DNA of 64,000 bases, from NCBI GenBank assembly GCA_045401115.1, contig CP174359.1, forward strand, positions 483,247-547,246, written 5' to 3'. The position numbers and the translations under genes are program-made. This stretch comes from Candidatus Phycocordibacter aenigmaticus. Its GTDB lineage: Bacteria > Patescibacteriota > Minisyncoccia > Phycocordibacterales > Phycocordibacteraceae. Under the pieces are notes generated by a model. It saw only the letters and a program-made list of their open reading frames with translations. It had not been told where the DNA came from and made no database searches. Below, one piece after another: positions 19,079-29,092 of this stretch (its first letter is position 1; the number at the start of each line of letters is the position of its first letter).

Positions 19079-20116
19079 ATGAAAACAGTATATGTAGGAC
19101 TCTCAGGAGGCGTGGATTCCGCGGTTTCGGCATATTTACTCAAGAGGCAAGGCTATAACGTTGTCGGTGCTTTTATAAAGGTGTGGGAGCCTGATTTTAT
19201 GCCCTGCACGGCGCAACAAGACCGTCTGGATGCAATGCGCGTTGCGGCACACCTCGAAATACCCTTTAAGACTTATGACCTCGAGGAGGAGTATAAACGC
19301 GGTGTTGTCGATTATTTTCTTGATGAGTATAAAGCGGGACGTACCCCAAATCCAGACGTGGCGTGTAATCGGGAAGTAAAGTTCGGTGCATTTTGGGATG
19401 TGGCAAAAAAAGATGGCGCTGATTGTATTGCGACAGGGCATTATGCGCAGAAAAAACTCATAGATGGAGCAAATGCACTTATTCGTGGCGTTGATGAGGG
19501 AAAAGACCAAAGTTATTTCCTTTGGACACTTACCCAGGATGATTTGGCGCATAGTCTGTTTCCTGTTGGTGAACTTCCAAAATCAGAAGTTCGTTCCATT
19601 GCTGCATCGATTAATCTGCCGAATGCCCGTAAAAAAGATTCGCAGGGGTTATGTTTCTTAGGGCATGTTGATATGCAGGAATTTCTACAGCATTACATCC
19701 CTGTTAAAAAAGGTCCTGTGCGTTTAATGGATGGCACAGTGCTCGGTGAGCATGACGGTGTGTGGTTTCATACTATTGGACAACGTTTATCGCTCGCGCA
19801 TGGGGCTCGGTTATATATTGTTGCAAAAAATGTAAAAAACAATGAGCTCATTGTTGCTGAAGAGTACACTCCAAAGGAGTACGCGCGCGCCACGTGGACA
19901 CTTCGTGATTGTAACTGGATACGAAACGTGCCTCGTGACGGGACTTCGGTTGAAGCAGAAATTCGCTATCATGGTACACCCCATAACGCTTCTATTACGG
20001 GAGATCAAATAACTTTTGAGGAACCACTCCTTGTGGCGCCAGGCCAATCAATTGTGTGCTATCACCCAGAGACAGGGGAATGCACAGGCGGTGGAATCGT
20101 TGCTGGCTATGTGTAA
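19079..20116 (+). CDS. mnmA: tRNA 2-thiouridine(34) synthase MnmA
   Basis: SGGVDS, TPNPDVACN, ATGHY, KDQSYFL, DSQGLCF. Confidence 0.97.
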   Translation: MKTVYVGLSGGVDSAVSAYLLKRQGYNVVGAFIKVWEPDFMPCTAQQDRLDAMRVAAHLEIPFKTYDLEEEYKRGVVDYFLDEYKAGRTPNPDVACNREVKFGAFWDVAKKDGADCIATGHYAQKKLIDGANALIRGVDEGKDQSYFLWTLTQDDLAHSLFPVGELPKSEVRSIAASINLPNARKKDSQGLCFLGHVDMQEFLQHYIPVKKGPVRLMDGTVLGEHDGVWFHTIGQRLSLAHGARLYIVAKNVKNNELIVAEEYTPKEYARATWTLRDCNWIRNVPRDGTSVEAEIRYHGTPHNASITGDQITFEEPLLVAPGQSIVCYHPETGECTGGGIVAGYV

Positions 20117-20148
20117 TTTATACATTAAAGGAGTGCTATGATAATTAT

Positions 20149-20973
20149 ATGTTGATTGTAAAAGGAGATGGCACAAAAGAGCCTTTTGATATTCTTAAAT
20201 TGAAACATTCTTTAAATCGAAGCGGCGCCGAACCAGAAATTGCCGCTCGAGTGGCTGAGAAGATTGCCTCTACTATTCGTGATGGGATGACCACAACCGA
20301 AATTTATAAACGTGCGTATAAACTGTTGGGGAAAACAGAAGGAGCTCTTGCTGCACGTTATTCAATGCGTCGCGCTATTTTTGATTTAGGACCAACAGGG
20401 TATCCGTTTGAAGATTTTTTCTCAGAACTTATGAAGAGACAGGGGTATACGACACATGTGCGACAAATTATGCAAGGGCTTTGTTCGGAGCATGAAGTTG
20501 ATGTGGTGTTAAAAAAAGGAGGTCTCACAAGTGGCGTAGAATTAAAATTTCATAATTCTATCGGGTTTAAAACTGACCTAAAGACAGCACTTTATGTCCG
20601 AGCGCGCTTCACAGATATTGAAGATGGGGCACGCAAACGCAATGAAGAATGCGGCATTAATGAAGGGTGGTTAGTAACGAATACAAAATTTACCAAAAGC
20701 GCAATTGCATATGCAGAATGTGCCGGAGTCACTCTCTTAGGTTGGAGTTATCCCAAAAAGGGTAATCTGGCCGATATGATTGAAGAAAGTGGTATTTATC
20801 CGATTACGGTCTTAACTACTCTTTCTGGTGCAGAGAAAAAACAGTTATTGAATGCTCAGGTGGCGCTTTGTAGTGATATTGCAAAAAACCCTGACATGCT
20901 CAGTAAAGTTGGCATCGCAAAACGTAAACACGAAGAAATTATTTCTGAGAGTAAACTTTTGTGTCACGCGTAG
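20149..20973 (+). CDS. ATP-cone domain fused to Mrr-like restriction-endonuclease domain
   Basis: IVKGDGTKEPFD..KL ATP cone; GPTGYPFE, EVDV..VELKFH, LVTNTKFT. Confidence 0.85.
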   Translation: MLIVKGDGTKEPFDILKLKHSLNRSGAEPEIAARVAEKIASTIRDGMTTTEIYKRAYKLLGKTEGALAARYSMRRAIFDLGPTGYPFEDFFSELMKRQGYTTHVRQIMQGLCSEHEVDVVLKKGGLTSGVELKFHNSIGFKTDLKTALYVRARFTDIEDGARKRNEECGINEGWLVTNTKFTKSAIAYAECAGVTLLGWSYPKKGNLADMIEESGIYPITVLTTLSGAEKKQLLNAQVALCSDIAKNPDMLSKVGIAKRKHEEIISESKLLCHA

Positions 20974-21071
20974 TTAATATATGAAACTTATAAACTATTT
21001 TAAATAATAGAGGTCAATATATTCAGAAAGAGGGGTATGAGTGTTTCCGGCAATCATGTATACTTTCTTAA

Positions 21072-21935
21072 GTGTCTCAGTATTATAAAACAGATCGAAA
21101 GCCCGACTGGAACTATGGTGGACCACGATGGCGTCTTTCACGTTCAAAAATAGACCTTTTTAAACAGTGCCCCCGTTGTTTTTATATTGATAATAAACTT
21201 GGCACTGCCAGGCCGCCTGGTTTTCCTTTTAATCTTAACTCCGCTGTTGATGCGCTTTTAAAAAAAGAATTTGATATTCATCGCGTGGCTCAAACACAAC
21301 ACCCATTATGTAGAGAAAATAATTTGGATGTGGTGCCATATCAACACCCTAAAATGGATATTTGGCGGGAGAATTTTAAAGGGGTTGAAGCGAAGCATGC
21401 GCCGACAGGGTTCACTGTTTCTGGTGCGATCGATGATCTGTGGGTCGATGCAAACGGTACTGTTATTGTTGTTGACTATAAAGCAACCGCAAAGGATGGT
21501 GAGGTAAGTCTTGATGCTGATTGGCAAATTAGCTACAAACGACAAATGGAGATTTATCAATGGCTGCTACGTCAAAATGGTCTCTCTGTTTCTAATACTG
21601 GTTATTTTGTGTATGCCAATGGTCGTACGGATATTGACGCATTTGATGGAAAACTTGAATTTGATATTACATTGCTTTCATATACAGGAGACGACTCGTG
21701 GGTCGAAGGGGTATTACAAGAGATAAAAGAGACTCTAGAAAGCGAAGAACTTCCTCCGGTTGGTGAGGATTGTGATTATTGTCCTTACCGAACCGTGGTA
21801 GGTAAAAAACTACAGGCACGCTATGGATCGGCAGTACAAAAACAGGTTGCAGCAGACACAGCATCACCGAACACACCGATAAAAAAGGAGAGTAAAAAAG
21901 CACCACAGAGCGGACAGGATTCTCTCTTTACGTAA
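21072..21935 (+). CDS. PD-(D/E)XK nuclease family protein (AddB/RecB-like)
   Basis: LSRSKI..CPRCF, GAIDD..VVDYK, QMEIY, CDYC. Confidence 0.9.
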   Translation: MSQYYKTDRKPDWNYGGPRWRLSRSKIDLFKQCPRCFYIDNKLGTARPPGFPFNLNSAVDALLKKEFDIHRVAQTQHPLCRENNLDVVPYQHPKMDIWRENFKGVEAKHAPTGFTVSGAIDDLWVDANGTVIVVDYKATAKDGEVSLDADWQISYKRQMEIYQWLLRQNGLSVSNTGYFVYANGRTDIDAFDGKLEFDITLLSYTGDDSWVEGVLQEIKETLESEELPPVGEDCDYCPYRTVVGKKLQARYGSAVQKQVAADTASPNTPIKKESKKAPQSGQDSLFT

Positions 21936-21942
21936 TTTATTT

Positions 21943-22212
21943 ATGGCATTATCTTCTTTTCATCAAAAAGGTTTTTGAGAACGTGTGCTTCAAGTAGTAG
22001 CGTCAATACCAAAAGGGCAAACAAAAACATATGGAGACGTGGCTATGGCAGCTAAACATCCAGGCGCCGCACGCGCTGTCGGTGCAATCATGCGAAGCAA
22101 CACCGATAAAACAATTCCTTGCCATCGGGTTGTAGCAAAAAATGGAATCGGTGGGTATAACGGATTGCGTGGGAAAAAAGAAGCCTTGCTTAAAAAGGAG
22201 GGTGCACTATAG
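21943..22212 (+). pseudogene. MGMT/Ogt-family alkyltransferase with in-frame TGA at 21976-21978 (or a short gene from GTG 21985)
   Basis: IPKGQTKTYGDVA..AARAVG..IPCHRVV; upstream in-frame ATG gives MALSSFHQKGF*ERVLQVV. Confidence 0.65.
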
Positions 22213-22269
22213 TAGAGGAGGTTTGTTGCCTGTGTATGAGAACATATTTTGTGGCAACTATTTGACTAT

Positions 22270-22971
22270 ATGCGTATTAATAAATATCTGGCATTACAAC
22301 AATACGCCTCTCGACGAGAGGCAGATACACTTGTGGAGCAAGGGAAGGTTTTTATTAATGGACGTAAGGCGGTACTTGGCGACCAAGTGGAGCCAGACGA
22401 CGTGGTGGATGTGCGTGGTGCTCAAAGTAAGAAGCGGGTGTACTATCTTTATCATAAACCTCGTGGCGTGGTTACTATAAACGCGCAAGAAGGCGAAAAG
22501 GAGATTAGTGATATCACGTCATTCCCTGAATCTGTATATCCTGTCGGAAGACTTGATAAAGAATCAGAAGGATTACTTTTGTTCACTAATGACGGGCGAG
22601 TTGCTGATGCGCTTCTCCGTCCGGAAAATCATCATGAAAAAGAGTATGCGGTCGAGGTACATAAACCAATTACACATGCTTTTTTAACACGTATGCAGCA
22701 CGGTGTTGATATTGGTGCGGTCGGTAAAACAAAACACTATATAACTAAACCGGCATTGGTACGTTGCATTAAACCTCATTCGTTTGAAATTGTATTAACT
22801 GAGGGTAAGAACCGTCAGATTAGGAGAGCCTGCGCAGCACTTGGTTATGAGGTTAAAAAATTAAAACGTTTTCGTATTCAAAATCTTGAGTTAGGAAAAT
22901 TACGAAAAGGAGAGTTTCGAGAACTTAATGGAGATGAACTCGTGCAATTTTTAACGCAGCTAGGACTTTAA
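22270..22971 (+). CDS. rRNA pseudouridine synthase (RsuA/RluB/RluF family)
   Basis: S4 domain MRINKYLA..SRREAD, VGRLDKESEGLLL, EGKNRQIRR. Confidence 0.95.
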   Translation: MRINKYLALQQYASRREADTLVEQGKVFINGRKAVLGDQVEPDDVVDVRGAQSKKRVYYLYHKPRGVVTINAQEGEKEISDITSFPESVYPVGRLDKESEGLLLFTNDGRVADALLRPENHHEKEYAVEVHKPITHAFLTRMQHGVDIGAVGKTKHYITKPALVRCIKPHSFEIVLTEGKNRQIRRACAALGYEVKKLKRFRIQNLELGKLRKGEFRELNGDELVQFLTQLGL

Positions 22972-23132
22972 TGAGAGTACGGTTTTTGAAAAGATTTTTC
23001 GTACTGGCATTCTGGACAATATAAACCGTCGCTATCTTCTTCCATTGGATAGTTGTGTATTTGACAGTGAAAGAGAGATTCTACGACAGCGTCATCTTGA
23101 TTAGAGGGGCGTGGAGTGTAGGTCTCAAACAT
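22968..23132 (-). CDS. 54-aa putative zinc-ribbon micro-protein
   Basis: CQIH...CPEC; TGGTATAAT 6 nt upstream of ATG. Confidence 0.65.
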   Translation of the reverse strand: MFETYTPRPSNQDDAVVESLFHCQIHNYPMEEDSDGLYCPECQYEKSFQKPYSH

Positions 23133-23225
23133 ATGTATATTATACCACATCTCCTTATATATTCTTTACTTTTTATTTAAATATTGTGTAAGTGCAATGT
23201 AATATTGTGCGTAACCCATATGCCG

Positions 23226-23888
23226 CTATGTCCACTGTATTTCTTTCTCCCCGTGCTGTGCAAGATAGGTGTTTGCTTGAATAAAATGATTATTACCCAA
23301 AAAACCTTTATGCGCTGAAAGTGGGGAAGGGTGTGCTGACTTTAAAACAAGATGCTTTTCTTTGTCGATAAGTATTTCTTTTTTCCCAGCAAATGCTCCC
23401 CAAAGGAGAAAGACTATATGTTCCTGTGTTTGAGAGAGCTGCGTGATTATTGCATCAGTAAACACATGCCAGCCGTATTCAGCGTGTGAATTTGCTTCAC
23501 CTGCTCGCACTGAAAGAGATGCATTGAGAAGTAATACTCCCTGTGTAGCCCATCGAGTGAGGTTTGGATCTTTATTCACTGTGCCGTACTCAGATTCTAT
23601 TTCTTTAAAAATATTTTGAAGTGACGGCGGAACGTTGTTTTCAGAATGAGTTGAAAACGCTAAACCGTCGGCAACGCCTGGGGTGTGATATGGATCCTGT
23701 CCAATAATAACTACTCGCACTGTTTCGGGTGTTACTAGTTCAAATGCACGAAAAATACATGAAGGGGGTGGTAAGACAGGTTGTTCTAAGTATTCACTCC
23801 GCACCTTTTCCGAAAGTTTTTTAAAATACGGTTTTATTAGTTCCTCTTTGAGAAGTGCTTTCCACTCTGTTCTCATGTTTACGTCCAT
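23226..23888 (-). CDS. ung: Uracil-DNA glycosylase (family 1)
   Basis: GQDPYH, PPSL, GVLLLN, HPSPLS. Confidence 0.97.
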   Translation of the reverse strand: MDVNMRTEWKALLKEELIKPYFKKLSEKVRSEYLEQPVLPPPSCIFRAFELVTPETVRVVIIGQDPYHTPGVADGLAFSTHSENNVPPSLQNIFKEIESEYGTVNKDPNLTRWATQGVLLLNASLSVRAGEANSHAEYGWHVFTDAIITQLSQTQEHIVFLLWGAFAGKKEILIDKEKHLVLKSAHPSPLSAHKGFLGNNHFIQANTYLAQHGEKEIQWT

Positions 23889-23914
23889 AAGAACACTGTA
23901 CCAAATGAAATAAA

Positions 23915-23939
23915 ATAAGAGACGTTTAACGTCTCTTAT
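23915..23939 (-). terminator. Hairpin/terminator downstream of M13 peptidase
   Basis: ATAAGAGACGT-TTA-ACGTCTCTTAT. Confidence 0.6.
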
Positions 23940-23948
23940 AATAATTAA

Positions 23949-25916
23949 TTACCAAATCTCAGCACGATCCTTGGGGTGGCGATAGAGCGCATCACTTTCT
24001 TTTACGTCAAATGCTTCATAGAAACTGGTTAAGTTTGAGGCGGGGCCGTTCATGCGGAATTTCGCAGGGGAGTGTGGGTCTACCATAAGAAGCATGCGTG
24101 CAAGTTCCGGGCGTGCCTGCCTCACTTCAAACGTAGCGAGGCCAATAAAGAGTCGCTGTTCAGGAGAAAAACCGTGTATTTTTTCTCGAGCCCCACCTTT
24201 TTCAAGGTGTCTTTGATATGCGTCATACGCGATAGCAAGTCCACCAAGGTCAGCAATGTTCTCGCCAAGTGTTAGTTTTCCATTCACTGGAAGATCGTTG
24301 ACTTTATAGGCGTTGAATTGCCGCACTAACACTTGAGCGCGTTTGTTGAATTGTTTTAAATCTTCTTTACGCCACCAATTTTTATAATTTCCTTTTCCGT
24401 CAAATTTAGCGCCTGAGTCATCAAAACCGTGGGTGAGTTCATGCCCAATAACTGACCCTATAGCGCCGTAGTTAATAGCATCATCACCTTCAGCATCAAA
24501 GAATGGTGGCTGCAAGATGCCAGCAGGGAATACAATCTCGTTGTTGTTTGGGTCATAGTAGGCGTTCACTGTTTGTGGTGGCATGAACCATTCTTTTTTA
24601 TCAACCCTTTTCCCTAATTTTTGGTAATTCTTTTTTTGTTCAAACGCAACCGCGCGCGATACGTTTTCATAAAATGTATCTGGTTTTATAGTGAGTGACG
24701 TATATGAACGCCACACATCAGGGTAGCCCAGTTTACAACGTATCTGTGAGAGCTTGGTGAGTGCTTTCTTTTTTGTGGTTTGTGACATCCACGTAACCGC
24801 TGAGATGCGTTCTTTATAGGCGGCGAGTATATCAGTAACCATAAGACCCACTTTCTTTTTCGCTTCCGGTGGAAAATGTTTCTTTATATACTTTTTACCA
24901 ACCACTTCGCCAATATAGGCATTAAGTGTACTGGTTACACGCTTCCATAGTGGGCGGATGGACTCACTTCCAGAGAGTGTTTTGCCGTGAAAATCAAATG
25001 CGCAGTCGATATACTTCTTTGAGAGCAATGGCGCTGCGTCATCGAGGGCGCTAAAGTACAGATAAGTCTTCCATGTGCTCAACGAAATCGTCTTTAAAAG
25101 AGCATTGAGTTTTTCAAAAAAGGCAGGTTGGTAGACAATAAGCGATGTGACTTTTTTATCTACGCCAAGTGTTTTGAAATACTGATCCCAATTTATATCT
25201 GAAGCAAGACGTTTAAGTGCAGCACGTGTTTTTTTGTTATATATCTTTTCAATGTCGCGAGTATCGGTACGAGACATGCTTGCGCGGGCAATTCTTGTTT
25301 CAAGTGCTAAGATTTTCCAGGCACTTTTGTTTGCTTCATCTTTAGGGGTTCCAGCGAGGGTGAGCATACGCTCTATATACGAAACGAACGCATCCTTAAT
25401 GCGCACTGACTGCGCATCTTTTTTAAGGTAGTAGTCTCGATCAGGAAGGGTTAACCCGCCTTGGGTAAGATGAAAAATATAGCTCTCAGCATCTTTATCG
25501 TCTTGTCCCACGAAGTTGCCCCAAAGATAGTGAGCGCCCTTTTTATGTTCTTCAGCGATGAATTGGAGTAAGTCTTCAGTACTTTTAATAGCGTCAATTT
25601 TCTTAAAAACAGGAAGGAGTGGGGTAATGCCACGTTGGTTACGTGTGTGCATGTCCATGCCTGAAAGATAAAAATCACGAATCAGCTGGGTGTCTGATCC
25701 TTTTTTGGCGCGTGTTTTGGTAACAGTCTCTTTTAAAATTGCATGAATTTCTTTAGTCACCTGATCGCGTAGCGCGTCAAAAGCCCCCCACTGACTCTCA
25801 CTTTTAGGTATGGGATTTTTCTTAAGCCAGCCGCCAACAGCGAAATGAAAAAAATCATCTTGCGGGCGTACTGAGGTATCAAGGTTTGATGGACTAAAGC
25901 TAGGTTTTGATTTCAT
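23949..25916 (-). CDS. M13 family metallopeptidase (PepO/neprilysin-like)
   Basis: VNAYY, HELTH, GENIADLGG, DPHSP. Confidence 0.95.
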   Translation of the reverse strand: MKSKPSFSPSNLDTSVRPQDDFFHFAVGGWLKKNPIPKSESQWGAFDALRDQVTKEIHAILKETVTKTRAKKGSDTQLIRDFYLSGMDMHTRNQRGITPLLPVFKKIDAIKSTEDLLQFIAEEHKKGAHYLWGNFVGQDDKDAESYIFHLTQGGLTLPDRDYYLKKDAQSVRIKDAFVSYIERMLTLAGTPKDEANKSAWKILALETRIARASMSRTDTRDIEKIYNKKTRAALKRLASDINWDQYFKTLGVDKKVTSLIVYQPAFFEKLNALLKTISLSTWKTYLYFSALDDAAPLLSKKYIDCAFDFHGKTLSGSESIRPLWKRVTSTLNAYIGEVVGKKYIKKHFPPEAKKKVGLMVTDILAAYKERISAVTWMSQTTKKKALTKLSQIRCKLGYPDVWRSYTSLTIKPDTFYENVSRAVAFEQKKNYQKLGKRVDKKEWFMPPQTVNAYYDPNNNEIVFPAGILQPPFFDAEGDDAINYGAIGSVIGHELTHGFDDSGAKFDGKGNYKNWWRKEDLKQFNKRAQVLVRQFNAYKVNDLPVNGKLTLGENIADLGGLAIAYDAYQRHLEKGGAREKIHGFSPEQRLFIGLATFEVRQARPELARMLLMVDPHSPAKFRMNGPASNLTSFYEAFDVKESDALYRHPKDRAEIW

Positions 25917-26019
25917 GCGCGTATATCTTAGGTATTCGTATAAGGGCAGTATACCGTTATCATGGTTTCTCTGTCACGTTGCTATTACCAAAAGAAAATA
26001 TTCTTGGTACGATAGGGCT

Positions 26020-27885
26020 ATGACCGTCGCAGAAATACGACAAGCGTATCTGGATTATTTTAAAGATCGAGGACACGTAGTGGTGCCATCGGCAAAAATC
26101 GTACCGGAGAATGATCCTACGACACTTTTTACTGGAAGCGGTATGCAACCGATGCTCCCATATTTTCTCGGAGAACCTCATCCACAGGGAGTTCGTGTAG
26201 CCGATGTGCAAAAATGTTTTCGCGCCGGAGATATTGAAGAGGTAGGTGATAACCGCCACACCACTTTTTTTGAAATGCTTGGTAATTGGTCGTTTGGTGA
26301 CTATTTTAAGAAGGAACAGGTTCCCTGGGCTTTTACGTTCTTAACTGAGGTATTAAAACTTGATCCACGTCGTTTATATTTTACTTGTTATAAAGGCAAT
26401 GACGCACTTGGTATTCCTCGTGATACAGAAGCTGCAACCTTGTGGCAAAAATTGTACGAAGCATTAGACATTCCTGCAGGTATTGCTGAAAACCCCGAAG
26501 GTGACGGTATACGTGAAGGTGAACGTATTTTTTATTATGACGATACAAAAAACTGGTGGAGTCGTGTAGGAGAGCCTAAGAATATGCCGGAAGGTGAACC
26601 AGGCGGTCCGGACACTGAGATGTTCTTTGATTTTGGTGACCATGGACAGCATATGAATAGCCAGTGGCGAGACCTCCCATGTCACGTTAATTGTGACTGT
26701 GGGAGATTTGTAGAAATTGGTAACAACGTATTTATGGAATACGTTAAAACAAAAAATGGTTTTGAGAAATTACCAAAACCAAATGTTGATTTTGGTGCGG
26801 GTCTTGAGCGTATTACGATGGCAGTAAAAGATGTCGATGATATTTTTATGATCGACACGATGCAACTTCTGATTCGTGAACTTGCTGCAGTAAGCGGTAA
26901 GGATTACGGTGATCATGAGTACCAAAAATCATTTCGTGTAGTGGCCGACCATATCCGTGGAGCTACTTTTATGATTGCCGACGGAGTATTTCCCGGAAAC
27001 ACTGACCAAAGTTATGTACTTCGTCGTTTAATTCGTCGCAGTATTCGCCATCTCGATACACTTAGTGTGGACGCGGGTACGTTAACACTTCTTGCCGATA
27101 GAGTGGTTACTGCATATCGCGATCAGTATCCTGAACTTGATGCGAATCGTCTTAAGATTCAGGAAATTCTTCGTGAAGAAGAAATTAAATTTAGAAAAAC
27201 ACTCTCACAAGGTATTCGTGAGTTTGATAAATGGACTAAAGAAGGGGCATTGAGCGGTAAAGATGCGTTTATACTTTTTTCAACATACGGTTTTCCATTT
27301 GAGCTTACTCAAGAGTTGGCTGATGAACGCGGTATTGTAATTGATCAAGACGAATTTGAAAGAGAAATGGAACAACACCGTAAACAGTCACGTGCGGGCG
27401 CTGGACAAAAATTTAAAGGTGGACTTGCTGACTCAAGTGAAGCGACAACAAAATTACACACCGCAACACACTTGTTGCTTGCAGGACTAAGAAAAGAATT
27501 AGGAAATCATGTACATCAGGCAGGTTCAAATATTACCGCTGAGCGTACTCGCTTTGACTTTACTCATGATGAAAAGGTGACGCGAGAAACCCTTGATGCA
27601 GTTGAAGCATATGTGAATGAAGCAATACAAAAAGGGATTGAAGTGGTAGTTGAACAGATGGATAAAAATGAGGCTCAAAAGATGGGTGTTGAGGGGAGTT
27701 TTTGGGATCGATACCCTGATGTGGTGAATGTCTATAATATTATTACTCCTGATGGAGTGGTGTATTCTCGTGAGCTTTGTGGTGGTCCGCACGTACAAAA
27801 TACTCAAAATATGGGGACTTTTAAAATAATAAAAGAAGAAGCGAGTGCAGCTGGAGTGCGACGCATTAAAGCGGTACTTGAATAA
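26020..27885 (+). CDS. alaS: Alanine--tRNA ligase, short form without C-Ala domain
   Basis: TTLFTGSGMQ, HTTFFEMLGNWSFGDY, HTATH, ELCGGPH; ends at GVRRIKAVLE. Confidence 0.95.
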   Translation: MTVAEIRQAYLDYFKDRGHVVVPSAKIVPENDPTTLFTGSGMQPMLPYFLGEPHPQGVRVADVQKCFRAGDIEEVGDNRHTTFFEMLGNWSFGDYFKKEQVPWAFTFLTEVLKLDPRRLYFTCYKGNDALGIPRDTEAATLWQKLYEALDIPAGIAENPEGDGIREGERIFYYDDTKNWWSRVGEPKNMPEGEPGGPDTEMFFDFGDHGQHMNSQWRDLPCHVNCDCGRFVEIGNNVFMEYVKTKNGFEKLPKPNVDFGAGLERITMAVKDVDDIFMIDTMQLLIRELAAVSGKDYGDHEYQKSFRVVADHIRGATFMIADGVFPGNTDQSYVLRRLIRRSIRHLDTLSVDAGTLTLLADRVVTAYRDQYPELDANRLKIQEILREEEIKFRKTLSQGIREFDKWTKEGALSGKDAFILFSTYGFPFELTQELADERGIVIDQDEFEREMEQHRKQSRAGAGQKFKGGLADSSEATTKLHTATHLLLAGLRKELGNHVHQAGSNITAERTRFDFTHDEKVTRETLDAVEAYVNEAIQKGIEVVVEQMDKNEAQKMGVEGSFWDRYPDVVNVYNIITPDGVVYSRELCGGPHVQNTQNMGTFKIIKEEASAAGVRRIKAVLE

Positions 27886-27887
27886 GT

Positions 27888-29006
27888 ATGAAAAAAAATA
27901 ATCCACATAACACACTCATTATTGATATTGGAACCGCATCGCTTGCTGGAGCTGTGATAACGCCTCTAAAAGAAGGGGGAGTACATATGCGTTCGGTTCG
28001 TCGTATGACTATTGGTTCCGGTGATGCGCATACACGCGAAGCACTTCAAACACAGACACTAAGTTCTTTTAAGGATTTATTAAATCAATATCATACTGAA
28101 TCAGTAAAAAAAGTAGTCATTGTAGTGGCAGCACCATGGCATGAAGCGCATATACGCACATTACATTCATCAACAAAGAAGACCGCAACAATTACCGAAG
28201 AAACGCTGAAAAAGGCGGTGCGTCGCTATCAAAATGAAGTGCCACCAAAAGAGGGCTCGGTGGATGTTGAGGCAGTTGCCATGCAAGTTACCGTAAATGG
28301 GTATCCTACAAATTTAGAAAAATCAGTATTAGGAAACAATATTGCCATCAATCTTTATGAGAGTGAGATGCATAAAAAAACTCAACAAGATTTTATCGAT
28401 GCGGTGCATGCCACGATTCCTGATGTTCCGGTAGATTTTAATACATTTCCACTTGTTTCTTTGGTGGCGCTTCGTCTCCTCCTTGAGGATCAGACATTTA
28501 TCGTTGCTGATGTTGCAGGTGAAGCTACTGAGGTTTCCGTTATGCAAAATGATCAGTTGCAGTATTTCGCTTCGTTCCCAATTGGTGTTCGCACTATTGC
28601 ACGGGATATTGCGGGAAGTGACGGTGCAATAAACGATACTCTTTCTCGTTTGGCTCTTTTAGGTCGCGGGGAACTATCTTCTGAAGAAAATGAAAATATT
28701 ACTGAATCTTATGCTGATGCATTTACTCAATGGCGTGTTGCGTTTGACGAGGTGCTTCAGGCAGCGGCAGAACAAACACCAATACCCTATACACTCGTAT
28801 TACTTGCTGATAAAGAACCAATGAGTTGGTTTCAAAAAGGTTTTGCATTACAGAATACATTTAATCTACACATGCATCCGGTTGAGCCAAGTTTATTTCA
28901 ATCAAGTATTGAACTTGGTGATGAATCGCGATATGACATATTCCTCTCACTTATTGCATTATTTGTGCAGGCTGAAAAAACTGAATTAATTGGTGATACG
29001 TACTAG
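27888..29006 (+). CDS. Divergent FtsA/PilM-like actin-fold protein
   Basis: IIDIGTAS and ADVAGEATEV phosphate-1/phosphate-2-like motifs. Confidence 0.6.
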   Translation: MKKNNPHNTLIIDIGTASLAGAVITPLKEGGVHMRSVRRMTIGSGDAHTREALQTQTLSSFKDLLNQYHTESVKKVVIVVAAPWHEAHIRTLHSSTKKTATITEETLKKAVRRYQNEVPPKEGSVDVEAVAMQVTVNGYPTNLEKSVLGNNIAINLYESEMHKKTQQDFIDAVHATIPDVPVDFNTFPLVSLVALRLLLEDQTFIVADVAGEATEVSVMQNDQLQYFASFPIGVRTIARDIAGSDGAINDTLSRLALLGRGELSSEENENITESYADAFTQWRVAFDEVLQAAAEQTPIPYTLVLLADKEPMSWFQKGFALQNTFNLHMHPVEPSLFQSSIELGDESRYDIFLSLIALFVQAEKTELIGDTY

Positions 29007-29092
29007 AAGTTCGTTGGTTTACATTTTATAAACATACACAGTTCACAGTATTCACTGTGAGGAATATAATTGAGAGGGTATACTAAAAGATA

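Noticed and set aside
21072-21935. Cas4 / CRISPR adaptation gene
   Set aside because: Solo PD-(D/E)XK nuclease; no cas1/cas2 or array in the window.
21976-21978. UGA recoding (code 25 or selenocysteine)
   Set aside because: TGA terminates several intact genes here (for example trpS at 43335 and the GNAT at 5534); one case fits mutation or error better.
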